Shown: piece by piece, positions 1 through 9,296 of the stretch | How positions within the stretch are numbered: position 1 is the first letter of the stretch | How the letters are laid out: the number at the start of each line of letters is the position of its first letter | Origin: Macrostomum lignano | Taxonomy: Eukaryota | Length of the DNA stretch: 64,000 bases | Direction of reading: 5' to 3' | Assembly (NCBI GenBank): GCA_002269645.1 | Contig: NIVC01000103.1 | Location: forward strand, 741,393-805,392 | Position numbers and translations under genes: made by a program | Notes under the pieces: model-generated | Told to the model about the DNA's origin: nothing | What the model saw: the letters and a program-made list of their open reading frames with translations, nothing else | Database searches by the model: none

Positions 1-349
1 GCTTATTATTGCCATTTACCCTAAAATTGCACTACATACATTGCTATATTATCTACTTTTATTCTAGCCCCAATGCAACACCAAAAAATTCCAAAATTGC
101 AATGGATGGGCAGATGCCTTTTGTCCACTTATTCCAATAAAGTGTATAAATGAAGCTTTGCTTTAATTGAGTTAAATAAATATCTTCAAGTCTTAATCAT
201 ATCTTATAATGTATTATCAACAAAGTATTGAAGCTTAAAAATATAAAAAAATTAATATTATCCAACTGTTACACTATAGTCTATATTAAATCAATAAGAT
301 CTGTCTGTCTCTGTCTAGTATTTCAGTTTACAGCCTGAGTGCCTTGATC

Positions 350-732
350 CATTTTGCGGATGGTGGGATATACGCTGGAAAATTCCGGCATACACTTGAT
401 TTCCGTGGCGTACACCAGCATACATTTCTTGGCTGTGTACAGTGTGGTGTATGGCAACTGGCGTAGAAATATATATAAAGATTTTTTTGTGCTTTTTCTG
501 TGTTAAGTTATTTCAAAAACTATTTTCTCATTTACTAATCATTTTAATTACCGGAATTGTCACAACAATTGTCATGTTATCAATTTTTGTAGTTTAAATT
601 TGAATTTAAATATTCGTTGATTTTTTTGACCATTTTTATTAAAAATGGCATACATTTAAAATCTGTTGGCATACCATTGAAAATTCAATAAAAATATGTC
701 CGGCGTACACAGAAAACCTTTTGCAATATGGG
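350..732. mobile_element. Putative MITE (hAT-like non-autonomous DNA element)
   Basis: Flanked by an 8-bp direct repeat CCTTGATC (342-349, 733-740). Imperfect short TIR (CCATTTTGC / GCAATATGG). Multiple subterminal GGC(A/G)TAC motifs. No ORF. Confidence 0.35.
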
Positions 733-980
733 CCTTGATCAATATGAAGTAATATATTAAAAGTTAATATAAAATCTATTTTATATTCCTAAATATTTTT
801 TTAATATTGAATATACTTGAATTTTTTATAAAAGATATCAATTTCTTTATTATTTGTCTGATTTTATTATGTGTTAGTAAGACATATTTTTACTCAGGCA
901 AATAATATTATTGAAATAGAATTTAAATCTAAAAAATTAATATAAAATCTCAATAGAGTCCTAATTTCTTAATTTTTTTA

Positions 981-1255
981 GAGGCAAGGGGGTTATATGC
1001 ACCCTGGTGCACTTTAAGCAACATAGGCACACAACCGGCGAGAGGCATTACTGCATATTCTGCCGACTAATTGCCATTAATTGCACAAGCAAAGCCAAGC
1101 CGAGATTCCAATTCAGCCTCAAATTAATGACTGCACTTGGAATCAAGCCTGGGTTGCTGGCATACCAGAGCAGCTGCGTTACTGCTGGGCTACAGCCCTC
1201 CTAATTGCCTGGTATTAAAAAGCATAAGAACCAAAAGCATATATACCCTTTCCTC
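981..1255. mobile_element. Putative MITE with TA target duplication
   Basis: Imperfect ~20-bp TIRs GAGGCAAGGGGGTTATATGC / GCATATATACCCTTTCCTC, TA on both sides (979-980, 1256-1257), GC-richer than flanks. Confidence 0.45.
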
Positions 1256-1693
1256 TAGCCTAGAAATAGAATAATAAATATCTGTGATACAAATATTTTA
1301 ATAATATTTTTTTATTAATAATAGCATTACATTATAGTTCTTATTTATAGTCTATCAGTAGTATTAACATTTTTAATCTAAACAAATTTTGCACCTTAAT
1401 CTTCAAATCTTAGGCCTAGTTTGAAATAAAATGATAAATATTACTTGGAAACCTTATGACTATTAAAAAAACAGAATGTATTTTATTTGCTAATCTGATT
1501 AATATAAAAGTTAGAAGTGGCTATTAAAGATATTGTTTTCACTTTGTATTTGTATCTTATTATATTGATAAAAACATTTTCCTATGCAGATATCTTGGCT
1601 ATTTTTGTAGAAGACTAGTATAAAATTACCAAAAAGGTTTGTGCATTATTTAAAATATTGTTTTTTTCCATTTCCTAGGTTGAAAAGTAACAT

Positions 1694-1759
1694 ATGATGA
1701 CAAAAATTGGGACACCTTTTGATTTAAATTGATACTAACAACAAGTTAACTTTATCTGA
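1694..1759 (+). ncRNA. SNORD58: C/D box snoRNA, family 1A (SNORD58-like)
   Basis: C box ATGATGA, guide AATTGGGACACC-TT, D' TTGA, D box CTGA 1756-1759. Confidence 0.7.
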
Positions 1760-1974
1760 ATACATCTATATCTTTTTTGAAGCTATTGCTTATTTCAATA
1801 TTAAGTCAATAAACATTATTAAATTTATTTTTTCGCATTTCCAGATAAATATCCAATGAAGAAAATCTTGTCATCAATGATGATTATAATAAAGTGGTAA
1901 GTTCAATGACTCCAATTAATTATCATTGTTTAAAAAATTAACTTTTTGAATTAGTTATATAGATTTATTCTTAC

Positions 1975-2051
1975 ATGATGACAATATACTCTTGGGACAC
2001 CTCTGAGTCTAAATTACCATGACTTCACTTTAACCAGTTACCTTTTGCTGA
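1975..2051 (+). ncRNA. SNORD58: C/D box snoRNA, family 1B (SNORD58-like)
   Basis: ATGATGA, guide CTCTTGGGACACC-T, D' CTGA, 3' element AGTTACCTTTTG, D CTGA. Confidence 0.85.
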
Positions 2052-2620
2052 TTTTACATTTGTACATTAGTAGTTTAACTATATCTGTGTATGCTTAAAT
2101 TACAAAAAGTTATTGCCTACTTGTTTTAGAATCATCAATGAATATTGGTCCTGGAATATAGGCCATGTAAATTGATATTTGGTAAGCTATTCTGTTCTTT
2201 TTCAAAGACTTAAAGCAGTTAATTTGAAATTTATAATAGGGCTTTTTACAGTTCTAACATAGTTTGAAATATAGCAATGGGATTATGGGAAGTTACATTA
2301 TGCATATGTTTTAGAAAATATATCGATAATAGGTGCCGGAACAGAAACACACAAGTTTTTTTCCATGTGCATTATGCATCATATATACACAAAGTTGGAG
2401 ATTACACTGGTTATTCTACAATAAATAAATGAGACACTTGATGAGTGCCCAGTTAAACTATTGCTGTCACTCTTTAAATCCTCACTATATTATATTGAAT
2501 GATACAGGAACTTTTGGCATTGAATTTGACATCATTAAAAGATAGGAAAAAGTTCTTAAAACTCCATTAGCTATGGTATGGCAATATGCATGAATAGCTA
2601 TAAAGGATTTTTAGTAATGA

Positions 2621-2685
2621 ATGATTAAAAAATGCTTACGGCGATCCAACTGATCACTTTTTATGAATGTCACTTTCACCTATGA
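2621..2685 (+). ncRNA. C/D box snoRNA, family 2 (variant boxes ATGATTA/ATGA)
   Basis: ATGATTA, ATGCTTACGGCGATCCAA, D' CTGA, CACTTTCACCT, D ATGA. Confidence 0.7.
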
Positions 2686-2893
2686 CAGGCTATCTTGTTT
2701 ACACTGCTTTTTAAGCCTAATCTAGTCCAAGTTTCCCACATGATTGACATAATATGTGCATTGATTTTTTAGGATGTGTCAGCAGATATCTGCATTTATA
2801 TATTGGATCAATTAAAATCAGTGCTTTTTGGTTTAAGAAAGGTAACTTACTTTTCAATGTACTTTGTTCTAGTTTTCCAGCATATAAAAAAAT

Positions 2894-2968
2894 ATGATGA
2901 AACAATCTTTGGAGACCTTATGATCATCTTGAACAAGACTTAAATGATTGTAGTTACACTGTTTCTGA
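2894..2968 (+). ncRNA. C/D box snoRNA, family 3 (LSU CAGGUCUCCAAG guide)
   Basis: ATGATGA, TTGGAGACC-TT, D' ATGA, C' ATGATT, D CTGA. Confidence 0.8.
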
Positions 2969-3182
2969 GCCATATCCACTTTGAATTGAATTTTTGAAGA
3001 GATTTGATATAATTATTTTAATGTAAGTATGTATGTTTTCAACCTTTTCAGATTTTAGATTTTTTATTATAGTCACATTGAAAGCCTACAAAACCAGGTA
3101 AATAGCATTATTTTTATTTTTGAATTGCTTAATAATTATGCAAGATTTTACATTATTATATTATTCTGTGTAACTGACAACT

Positions 3183-3246
3183 ATGATTAAAAAATGCTTA
3201 CGGCGATCCAACAGATCCCAGTAATGAATGACATTTTCACCTATGA
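3183..3246 (+). ncRNA. C/D box snoRNA, family 2
   Basis: ATGATTA, ATGCTTACGGCGATCCAA, D' CAGA, TTTTCACCT, D ATGA. Confidence 0.7.
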
Positions 3247-3439
3247 GAGAGGCACTCAACCAAATTAATTACAGTGAACAAGTTTATTTATTTAAGAAAA
3301 ATTAATGCTTTATTTTCACTTTTCACTTTTATTTTAGATATCCTGCAGATTGCAGAACTAATGGTCATGATTTACCTTATAGTAAGTTTCATTTGCATTA
3401 TTTTTTGTTTTGCAAAAATCGTTAATAAACATAAATAAA

Positions 3440-3505
3440 ATGATGAAAAAACTTGGAGACCTTTTGACTTCGTTTGATTGTGTGAAAAGTTTTTTAAAAC
3501 TCTGA
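3440..3505 (+). ncRNA. C/D box snoRNA, family 3
   Basis: ATGATGA, CTTGGAGACC-TT, D' TTGA, D CTGA 3502-3505. Confidence 0.8.
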
Positions 3506-3681
3506 ATAGATTTTTTTGTATAAAAATTTGTTTTACCAAAGAGGATCAAGTATTTAAAGTGTTTTTATCTATTTTTTCAGATTTTCACTGTGCTATGACA
3601 ATTAAGGCAACTGAAACAATTAGGTAATTTTTTGCTATTTTCAACTTCTATTTTAGTTTAACTATACAGTGTACATGGCAA

Positions 3682-3753
3682 ATGATGACAAACATTTGGG
3701 ACACCTTCTGATCAAATTGAAATGACCTGTGCTTCTAGTTACCTTTGTGCTGA
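3682..3753 (+). ncRNA. SNORD58: C/D box snoRNA, family 1A (SNORD58-like)
   Basis: ATGATGA, TTTGGGACACC-TT-CTGA, AGTTACCTTTGTG-CTGA. Confidence 0.8.
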
Positions 3754-3927
3754 TAAACATTTTTATGATAGTAACTACATGTATGTATCATTAAATTGTG
3801 TATGTTTTACTAAATTTTAAAAATCATTTTTACTTTTCAGAAGGCAAATTTAACCTTGAGATTAATCTAAGTAAGTTAATTATTGACATGGTACAGTATT
3901 GTATTTATCATTAGCATATTAATTGTA

Positions 3928-4007
3928 ATGATGACAAATAACTCTTGGGACACCTCTGAGTCGAAACTTAAAGCAATGATTTCACGGTTCTAGTTACCTT
4001 TGTCTGA
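3928..4007 (+). ncRNA. SNORD58: C/D box snoRNA, family 1B (SNORD58-like)
   Basis: ATGATGA, CTCTTGGGACACC-T-CTGA, C' ATGATT, AGTTACCTTTGT-CTGA. Confidence 0.85.
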
Positions 4008-4268
4008 TTTTTTTGTTAGATTAAAATATTTCTTGGTCTCATCATTTAAATTGAATTTGTAGTAACCGCAGCTTAATTTTTTAAATAATACTTTAAATTT
4101 CAGAGTTTGCTAACAAAAGAAAATGCAAAGCGTTGGTCAATCCACTCCAGTGTAGTACTTTAGCAATGTAAGTATTGATTTTGCATGTATTGAATATACA
4201 TTGACACAGTTTATCTGTAGTCACTGATATGCTTGCAAAATGGGCAAATACTGTATATAGATAAACCT

Positions 4269-4334
4269 GTGATTAGAAATTGCTTACGGCGATCCAACTG
4301 ATGTTTTCCTTATGAATGACACTTTCACCTATGA
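4269..4334 (+). ncRNA. C/D box snoRNA, family 2
   Basis: GTGATTA ... CTTACGGCGATCCAA-CTGA ... CACTTTCACCT-ATGA; terminal stem AACCT/AGGTT. Confidence 0.75.
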
Positions 4335-4589
4335 GGTTAAGTTATCATTAATCTTGATTATAATAAGAAATTTATACTTTAATTTAATTACAATTATTAA
4401 GTGTATTTTTTTCATTAATAATTGCAGAAAATATCGGTGTTTTTCTAGGCATACTACTTATGGTGAGTAAGCTTGTTGTGTTTTTTGTTAATCTTAAAAA
4501 TTAGACCCCTTATAGTAATTTTATTAAAGCATTTAGGCTCAAATATTTATTTATAGTCTTCAGCAGACAAAGATCTTTTAAATGGTTAA

Positions 4590-4658
4590 ATGATGACAAA
4601 AATTGGGACACCTTCTGATCAATTGATTTGATTTTTAATTCTTAAGTTACCTTTCTGA
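4590..4658 (+). ncRNA. SNORD58: C/D box snoRNA, family 1A (SNORD58-like)
   Basis: ATGATGA, AATTGGGACACC-TT-CTGA, AGTTACCTTT-CTGA. Confidence 0.8.
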
Positions 4659-4855
4659 GTAATTATCTATGCCATTTGTATGGACTCAACTTTTATACAA
4701 TTTACAACAAATTTGAAAATGGTTAAATCATATTCAACTATTTCAGATTACAAAAATTTCAACACTTTCTACTGCCAAATATTTGGTAAGTTATTTAACA
4801 TGAAATTACATTTCAAACTCGTATGTTTGATGGATAAAGCTAGTCATAGTTTTTA

Positions 4856-4921
4856 ATGATGACAACTCTTGGGACACCTCTGAGTGACAGTGACTTCAAT
4901 TTTCTAGTTACCTTTGTCTGA
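4856..4921 (+). ncRNA. SNORD58: C/D box snoRNA, family 1B (SNORD58-like)
   Basis: ATGATGA, CTCTTGGGACACC-T-CTGA, AGTTACCTTTGT-CTGA. Confidence 0.85.
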
Positions 4922-5146
4922 TCTTTGTTTATATTTTAATAATTTTGTCTTTCATCATTTCACCTACTTCAGAGTGAATTAATTAGCGCAAACATAACTT
5001 CATTTTTCTATATATTTCAGCTTAAAGATCAGCGTCCAAGAGAAATGCAAAAATTGATTATACGTTATAATCTTCACCAGTGAAACTTGCAATGTAAGTA
5101 GCGATTTCAAGAATGCATTTTTTAGTTACTATAGCATACCTTGCCT

Positions 5147-5772
5147 TCCAGATCCTCAGTTGCTAGGCCAGCCTCTCAGAGAGTCAATTGCTGGGCCAGC
5201 CTCCCAGATTCCCAGTTTATGGGCCAGCCTCCCAGATCCTCAGTTGTTGGGCCAGCCTCTTACACCCTCAGTTGCTGGGCCAGCCTCTTAAACCCTCAGT
5301 TGCTGGGCCAGCCTCCCAGATCCTCAGTTGCTGGGCCAGCCTCTTACACCCTCAGTTGCTGGGCCAGCCTCTTAAACCCTCAGTTGCTGGGCCAGCCTCC
5401 CAGATCCTCAGTTGCTGGGCCAGCCTCCCAGATCCTCAGTTGCTGGGCCACCAGCCTTCCAGATCCTCAGTTGCTGGGCCACTAGCCTCCCAGATCCTCA
5501 GTTGCTGGGCCAGCCTCCCAGATCCCCAGTTGCTGGGCCACCAGCCTCCCAGATCCTCAGTTGCTGGGCCAGCTTCCCAGATCCTCAGTTGCTGGGCCAC
5601 CAGCCTCTCAGATCCTCAGTTGCTGGGCCAGCCTTCCAGATCCTCAGTTGCTGGGCCAGCCTCCCAGATCCCCAGTTGCTGGGCCAGCCTCCCAGATCCC
5701 CAGTTGCTGGGCCAGCCTCCCAGATCCCCAGTTGCTGGGCCAGCCTTCCAGATCCTCAGTTGCTGGGCCAAC
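5147..5772. repeat. 28-bp minisatellite (CAGATCCTCAGTTGCTGGGCCAGCCTCC)n, intronic
   Basis: Tandem array read directly; same unit at 6912-7326 and 16566-17250. Confidence 0.95.
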
Positions 5773-5821
5773 CTCCACCTTCGCCCCTAAGTGTTTCGCA
5801 CTTGCACATATTGATCTACCT

Positions 5822-5889
5822 GTGATTAAAAAATGCTTACGGCGATCCAACAGAACTTTAAAGTTTATGAATGACACTTTCACCTATGA
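5822..5889 (+). ncRNA. C/D box snoRNA, family 2
   Basis: GTGATTA ... CTTACGGCGATCCAA-CAGA ... CACTTTCACCT-ATGA; ACCT/AGGT stem. Confidence 0.75.
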
Positions 5890-6045
5890 GGTTAATAGAA
5901 ATTTACACATTTTCGTATTCTATCTAAAAAGTCAAGTGATTTCAAAGATTTTTTCAACTTTTTGCAGAAAAATTGCGTACTTTTCCGTGGTATACTACTC
6001 ATGGTGAGTACCATGTTCTATCACTATACAGTCCCCACCTTATCA

Positions 6046-6119
6046 ATGATGAAAAAACTTGGAGACCTTATTACTGCTTCAAATGAGGCAGTTTGATTTT
6101 CAGTTATTTGCATTTCTGA
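6046..6119 (+). ncRNA. C/D box snoRNA, family 3
   Basis: ATGATGA, CTTGGAGACC-TT, degenerate D' ATTA, D CTGA. Confidence 0.7.
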
Positions 6120-6330
6120 AAACAGTGTAGGAGTTTTATAACTAAATATGTATAATATATCTAAAATTTCATATCGGTAGCAAATTTATACTAATTTCAA
6201 TAAATTGTCGTTACCCTACCCATTACTTTTTCAATTTTAGATGTCTTATTTCACCGGTTTTTCGCTAAATAATTGTAAGTTTGTTGAATAATATTTATCA
6301 GTATTGTGACACTTAGATCCTCTAATTGTT

Positions 6331-6404
6331 ATGATGACGTAACCTTTTGGGACACCTTCTGATCTATCAAATTTGATTTTGACCCCAAGTTACCTTTTCT
6401 CTTA
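6331..6404 (+). ncRNA. SNORD58: C/D box snoRNA family 1A, probably decaying (D box CTTA)
   Basis: Near-identical to 7910-7984 but D box CTGA>CTTA. Confidence 0.55.
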
Positions 6405-6596
6405 TTAATCAGCTGCGTTACTGTAATGTCATGCACTTTTACTGCTTTAGATTACAGTTTCAAAAATAATTTTTCAACTATAAATTTTAGATTATCAAAG
6501 TTCTTGTCTGCAGATGTCAGATCAGCTAGTATTGATGGGGTAAGTAATGCACTATATGTTAGTTTGTTATGCAATTTCTTTTCTTTCTACATCTAA

Positions 6597-6675
6597 ATGA
6601 TGACAATACTCTTGGGACACCTCTGAGTTGAATTACTTAAACTGTGAATTGGTCTTACAAGTTACCTTTCTCTGA
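6597..6675 (+). ncRNA. SNORD58: C/D box snoRNA, family 1B (SNORD58-like)
   Basis: ATGATGA, CTCTTGGGACACC-T-CTGA, AGTTACCTTTCT-CTGA. Confidence 0.85.
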
Positions 6676-6911
6676 CTAGTTATGCTTTATATTGAAATAT
6701 TATGTTTTTGTTCCTGGTTTTTGTTGCTAAATTTATTAATGAAATTCCTAATTTTTAGATTGATCATGATCACCGCGAGTTTTAATGTGAATAAATATAT
6801 AAGCCCTGGCGTTAAAGTAAGTTAGTTACGTAATACTTTTTTAATACTATGCTATATATATATAAATGGTAATTATATTGGTTAGGCTGTGTGGGTTGTC
6901 ATGCGATTGAG

Positions 6912-7326
6912 CTCCTCAGTTGCTGGGCCAGCCTCCCAGATCCTCAGTTGCTGGGCCAGCCTCCCAGATCCTCAGTTGCTGGGCCAGCCTCCCAGATCCT
7001 CAGTTGCTGGGCCAGCCTCCCAGATCCTCAGTTGCTGGTCCAGCCTCCCAGATCCTCAGTTGCTGGTCCAGCCTCCCAGATCCTCAGTTGCTGGGCTAGC
7101 CTCCCAGATCTTCAGTTGCTGGGCCAGCCTCCCAGATCCTCAGTTGCTGGGCCAGCCTCCCAGATCCTCAGTTGCTGGGCCAGCCTCCCAGATCCTCAGT
7201 TGCTGGGCCAGCCTCCCAGATCCTCAGTTGCTGGGCCAGCCTCCCAGATCCTCAGTTGCTGGGCCAGCCTCCCAGATCCTCAGTTTCTGCACCAGCCTCC
7301 CAGATCCTCAGTTGCTGGGCCAGCCT
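6912..7326. repeat. 28-bp minisatellite, second copy
   Basis: Same unit as 5147-5772. Confidence 0.95.
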
Positions 7327-7393
7327 CTAACATCTTTAGAGCATCTACCTTCGCCTCTAAGTGTGTTTCGCTCTTGCAGATATTGATCTACCT

Positions 7394-7461
7394 GTGATTA
7401 GAAAATGCTTACGGCGATCCAACAGAACTTTAAAGTTTATGAATGACACTTTCACCTATGA
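7394..7461 (+). ncRNA. C/D box snoRNA, family 2
   Basis: GTGATTA ... CTTACGGCGATCCAA-CAGA ... CACTTTCACCT-ATGA. Confidence 0.75.
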
Positions 7462-7639
7462 GGTTAATATAAATTTACAAATTTTCGTATTCTATCGAAA
7501 AAGTCGTGATTTAAAAGATTTTTTCAACTTTCTATTGCAGCAAAATTGCGTATTCTGTGGTATACTACTCATGGTGAGTAAACTTGCTTCTGCGTATTGA
7601 ACTCTAATATGTTCTATAACTGCAATCCCCACCTTATCA

Positions 7640-7713
7640 ATGATGAAAAAACTTGGAGACCTTATTACTGCTTTAAATAAGGCAGTTTGATTTTTAATTA
7701 TTTGCATTTTTGA
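7640..7713 (+). ncRNA. C/D box snoRNA family 3, possibly decaying (D box TTGA)
   Basis: Paralog of 6046-6119 with D box CTGA>TTGA. Confidence 0.55.
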
Positions 7714-7909
7714 AAACAGTGTAGGAGTTATATAAATAAGTATATATCTAAAATTTCATATCTGTAGCAACTTTATACTAATTTCAATAACTTGTCGTTA
7801 CCCTAGCAATTTTCTTTTTTAAATTTCAGATGCCTTATTGCACCGGTTTTTCCCTAAGAAATTGTAAGTTTGTTTATCAGTATTGTGACACTTAGATCCT
7901 CTAATTGTT

Positions 7910-7984
7910 ATGATGACGTAACCTTTTGGGACACCTTCTGATCTATCAAATTTGATTTTGACCCCAAGTTACCTTTTTCTCTGA
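7910..7984 (+). ncRNA. SNORD58: C/D box snoRNA, family 1A (SNORD58-like)
   Basis: ATGATGA, TTTGGGACACC-TT-CTGA, AGTTACCTTTTTCT-CTGA. Confidence 0.8.
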
Positions 7985-8174
7985 TCAATCAGCTGCGTTA
8001 CTGTTATGTCATGTACTTTTACTGTCCTGGAAGATTACAGTTTCAAAAATAATTTTTAACTATGAATTTCAGATTATCAAAGTTCTTGTCTGCAGATGTC
8101 ACATCAGCTAGTATTGATGGGGTAAGTATTGCACTATATGTTAGTTTGTTATGCAATTTCTTTTCTATATCTAA

Positions 8175-8253
8175 ATGATGACAATACTCTTGGGACACCT
8201 CTGAGTTGAATTACTTAAACTGTGAATTGGTCTTAAAAGTTACCTTTATCTGA
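8175..8253 (+). ncRNA. SNORD58: C/D box snoRNA, family 1B (SNORD58-like)
   Basis: ATGATGA, CTCTTGGGACACC-T-CTGA, AGTTACCTTTAT-CTGA. Confidence 0.85.
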
Positions 8254-8468
8254 TTAGTAATGCTATAGTGCCTATAGTGAAATAGTATGTGTTTGTTCCT
8301 GGTTTTTGTTGCTAAATTTATTAATGAAATTCCTATTTTTTAGATTGATCATGCTCACTTCGAGTTTTAATGTGGATAAATATATAAGCCCTGGCGTTTA
8401 TGTGAGTTAGTTATGTAATACTTTTTAAATACTATATATACGCTGTGTGAGCGGACAATGTACGTTGT

Positions 8469-8539
8469 ATGATGAATTAATAAAGAATTCCTCGTTGTTG
8501 AGTTTGTCTCAGTGAAATGAGTAATTATTAATAATCTGA
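8469..8539 (+). ncRNA. C/D box snoRNA, family 4 (18S CAACGAGGAAUUC guide; yeast snR57-like site)
   Basis: ATGATGA, 13-nt guide GAATTCCTCGTTG, D' TTGA, D CTGA. Confidence 0.85.
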
Positions 8540-8713
8540 CATTTTCTAGTTGTTTTAAAGCAGTGATAAAGATATGGCTTTAACAATAAATCTTGACTTG
8601 CTTTCAATTTTTTTGCAGATCGTCTGAAATGTTATTGAAAATATCCACGTAGTCAGGTAAGACATCTGATGTTGACTGTAATTTAAATTTCTTAATATAA
8701 AACTTTCAAACAA

Positions 8714-8787
8714 AATTATTTAAGCCTTTTCGGCGATCCAACTGACTCAAAATATTGAGACCAAGTGATCGATAATTTCACCTATGA
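8714..8787 (+). ncRNA. C/D box snoRNA family 2, diverged copy with degenerate C box
   Basis: CGGCGATCCAA-CTGA and AATTTCACCT-ATGA retained; C box unclear, 5' end approximate. Confidence 0.45.
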
Positions 8788-8955
8788 TTGAGTTTTTATA
8801 TAACCGTATGTAAACTTTTATTTTAGTAATATTTATTTTATAATTTATTGCTCACTTTTTTTTCAGTGCCTCAGCTGCGAAACCTGGCAATTTGTGAGTT
8901 GAATATTTTTTAATGAACATTAGAAGCATGTTGTGTCCTCATAGTAACAAAAATT

Positions 8956-9028
8956 ATGATGAAATATTGAATTCCTCGTTGTTGATTTTGTTCACTCAGC
9001 TAAAATGAAATTATATTTTTCCTACTGA
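8956..9028 (+). ncRNA. C/D box snoRNA, family 4
   Basis: ATGATGA, GAATTCCTCGTTG-TTGA, D CTGA. Confidence 0.85.
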
Positions 9029-9231
9029 ATCCATTTTTATTACAAATATATAATATTTGTTAAAATAAGCCGAATTTATAATTGCGTTTATTCTTGCATG
9101 ATGACAGATTTTAATATTGACCTTTAATGTAATCTTGTAGATCAAAACGGACTAAGAGAAATTCATCAATTAATTTTAGGTAAATTTCCCAAGTTTATTA
9201 CTTGCAGTAGCAGCTAATTGATGATGCTGAT

Positions 9232-9296
9232 ATGATGAAGAATATTTCGAATTCCTCGTTGTTGAATTAATGTGAAATGAATATAATTGCACCTGA
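9232..9296 (+). ncRNA. C/D box snoRNA, family 4
   Basis: ATGATGA, GAATTCCTCGTTG-TTGA, D CTGA. Confidence 0.85.

Noticed and set aside
1877-1883. ATGATGA C-box-like motifs at 1877 and ~9098
   Set aside because: The first is exonic; the second is too close to the 3' splice site with no D box.
5141-7397. Overlapping 110-200 aa ORFs (LLGQPPRSSVAGPASQ...), also at 16567-17539
   Set aside because: Translations of the 28-bp minisatellite in several frames; no coding signal.
1694-9296. CRISPR-like repeat/spacer appearance of recurring motifs
   Set aside because: Eukaryotic context; repeats are C/D boxes and guides with 200-600 bp spacing and splice sites; no cas genes.
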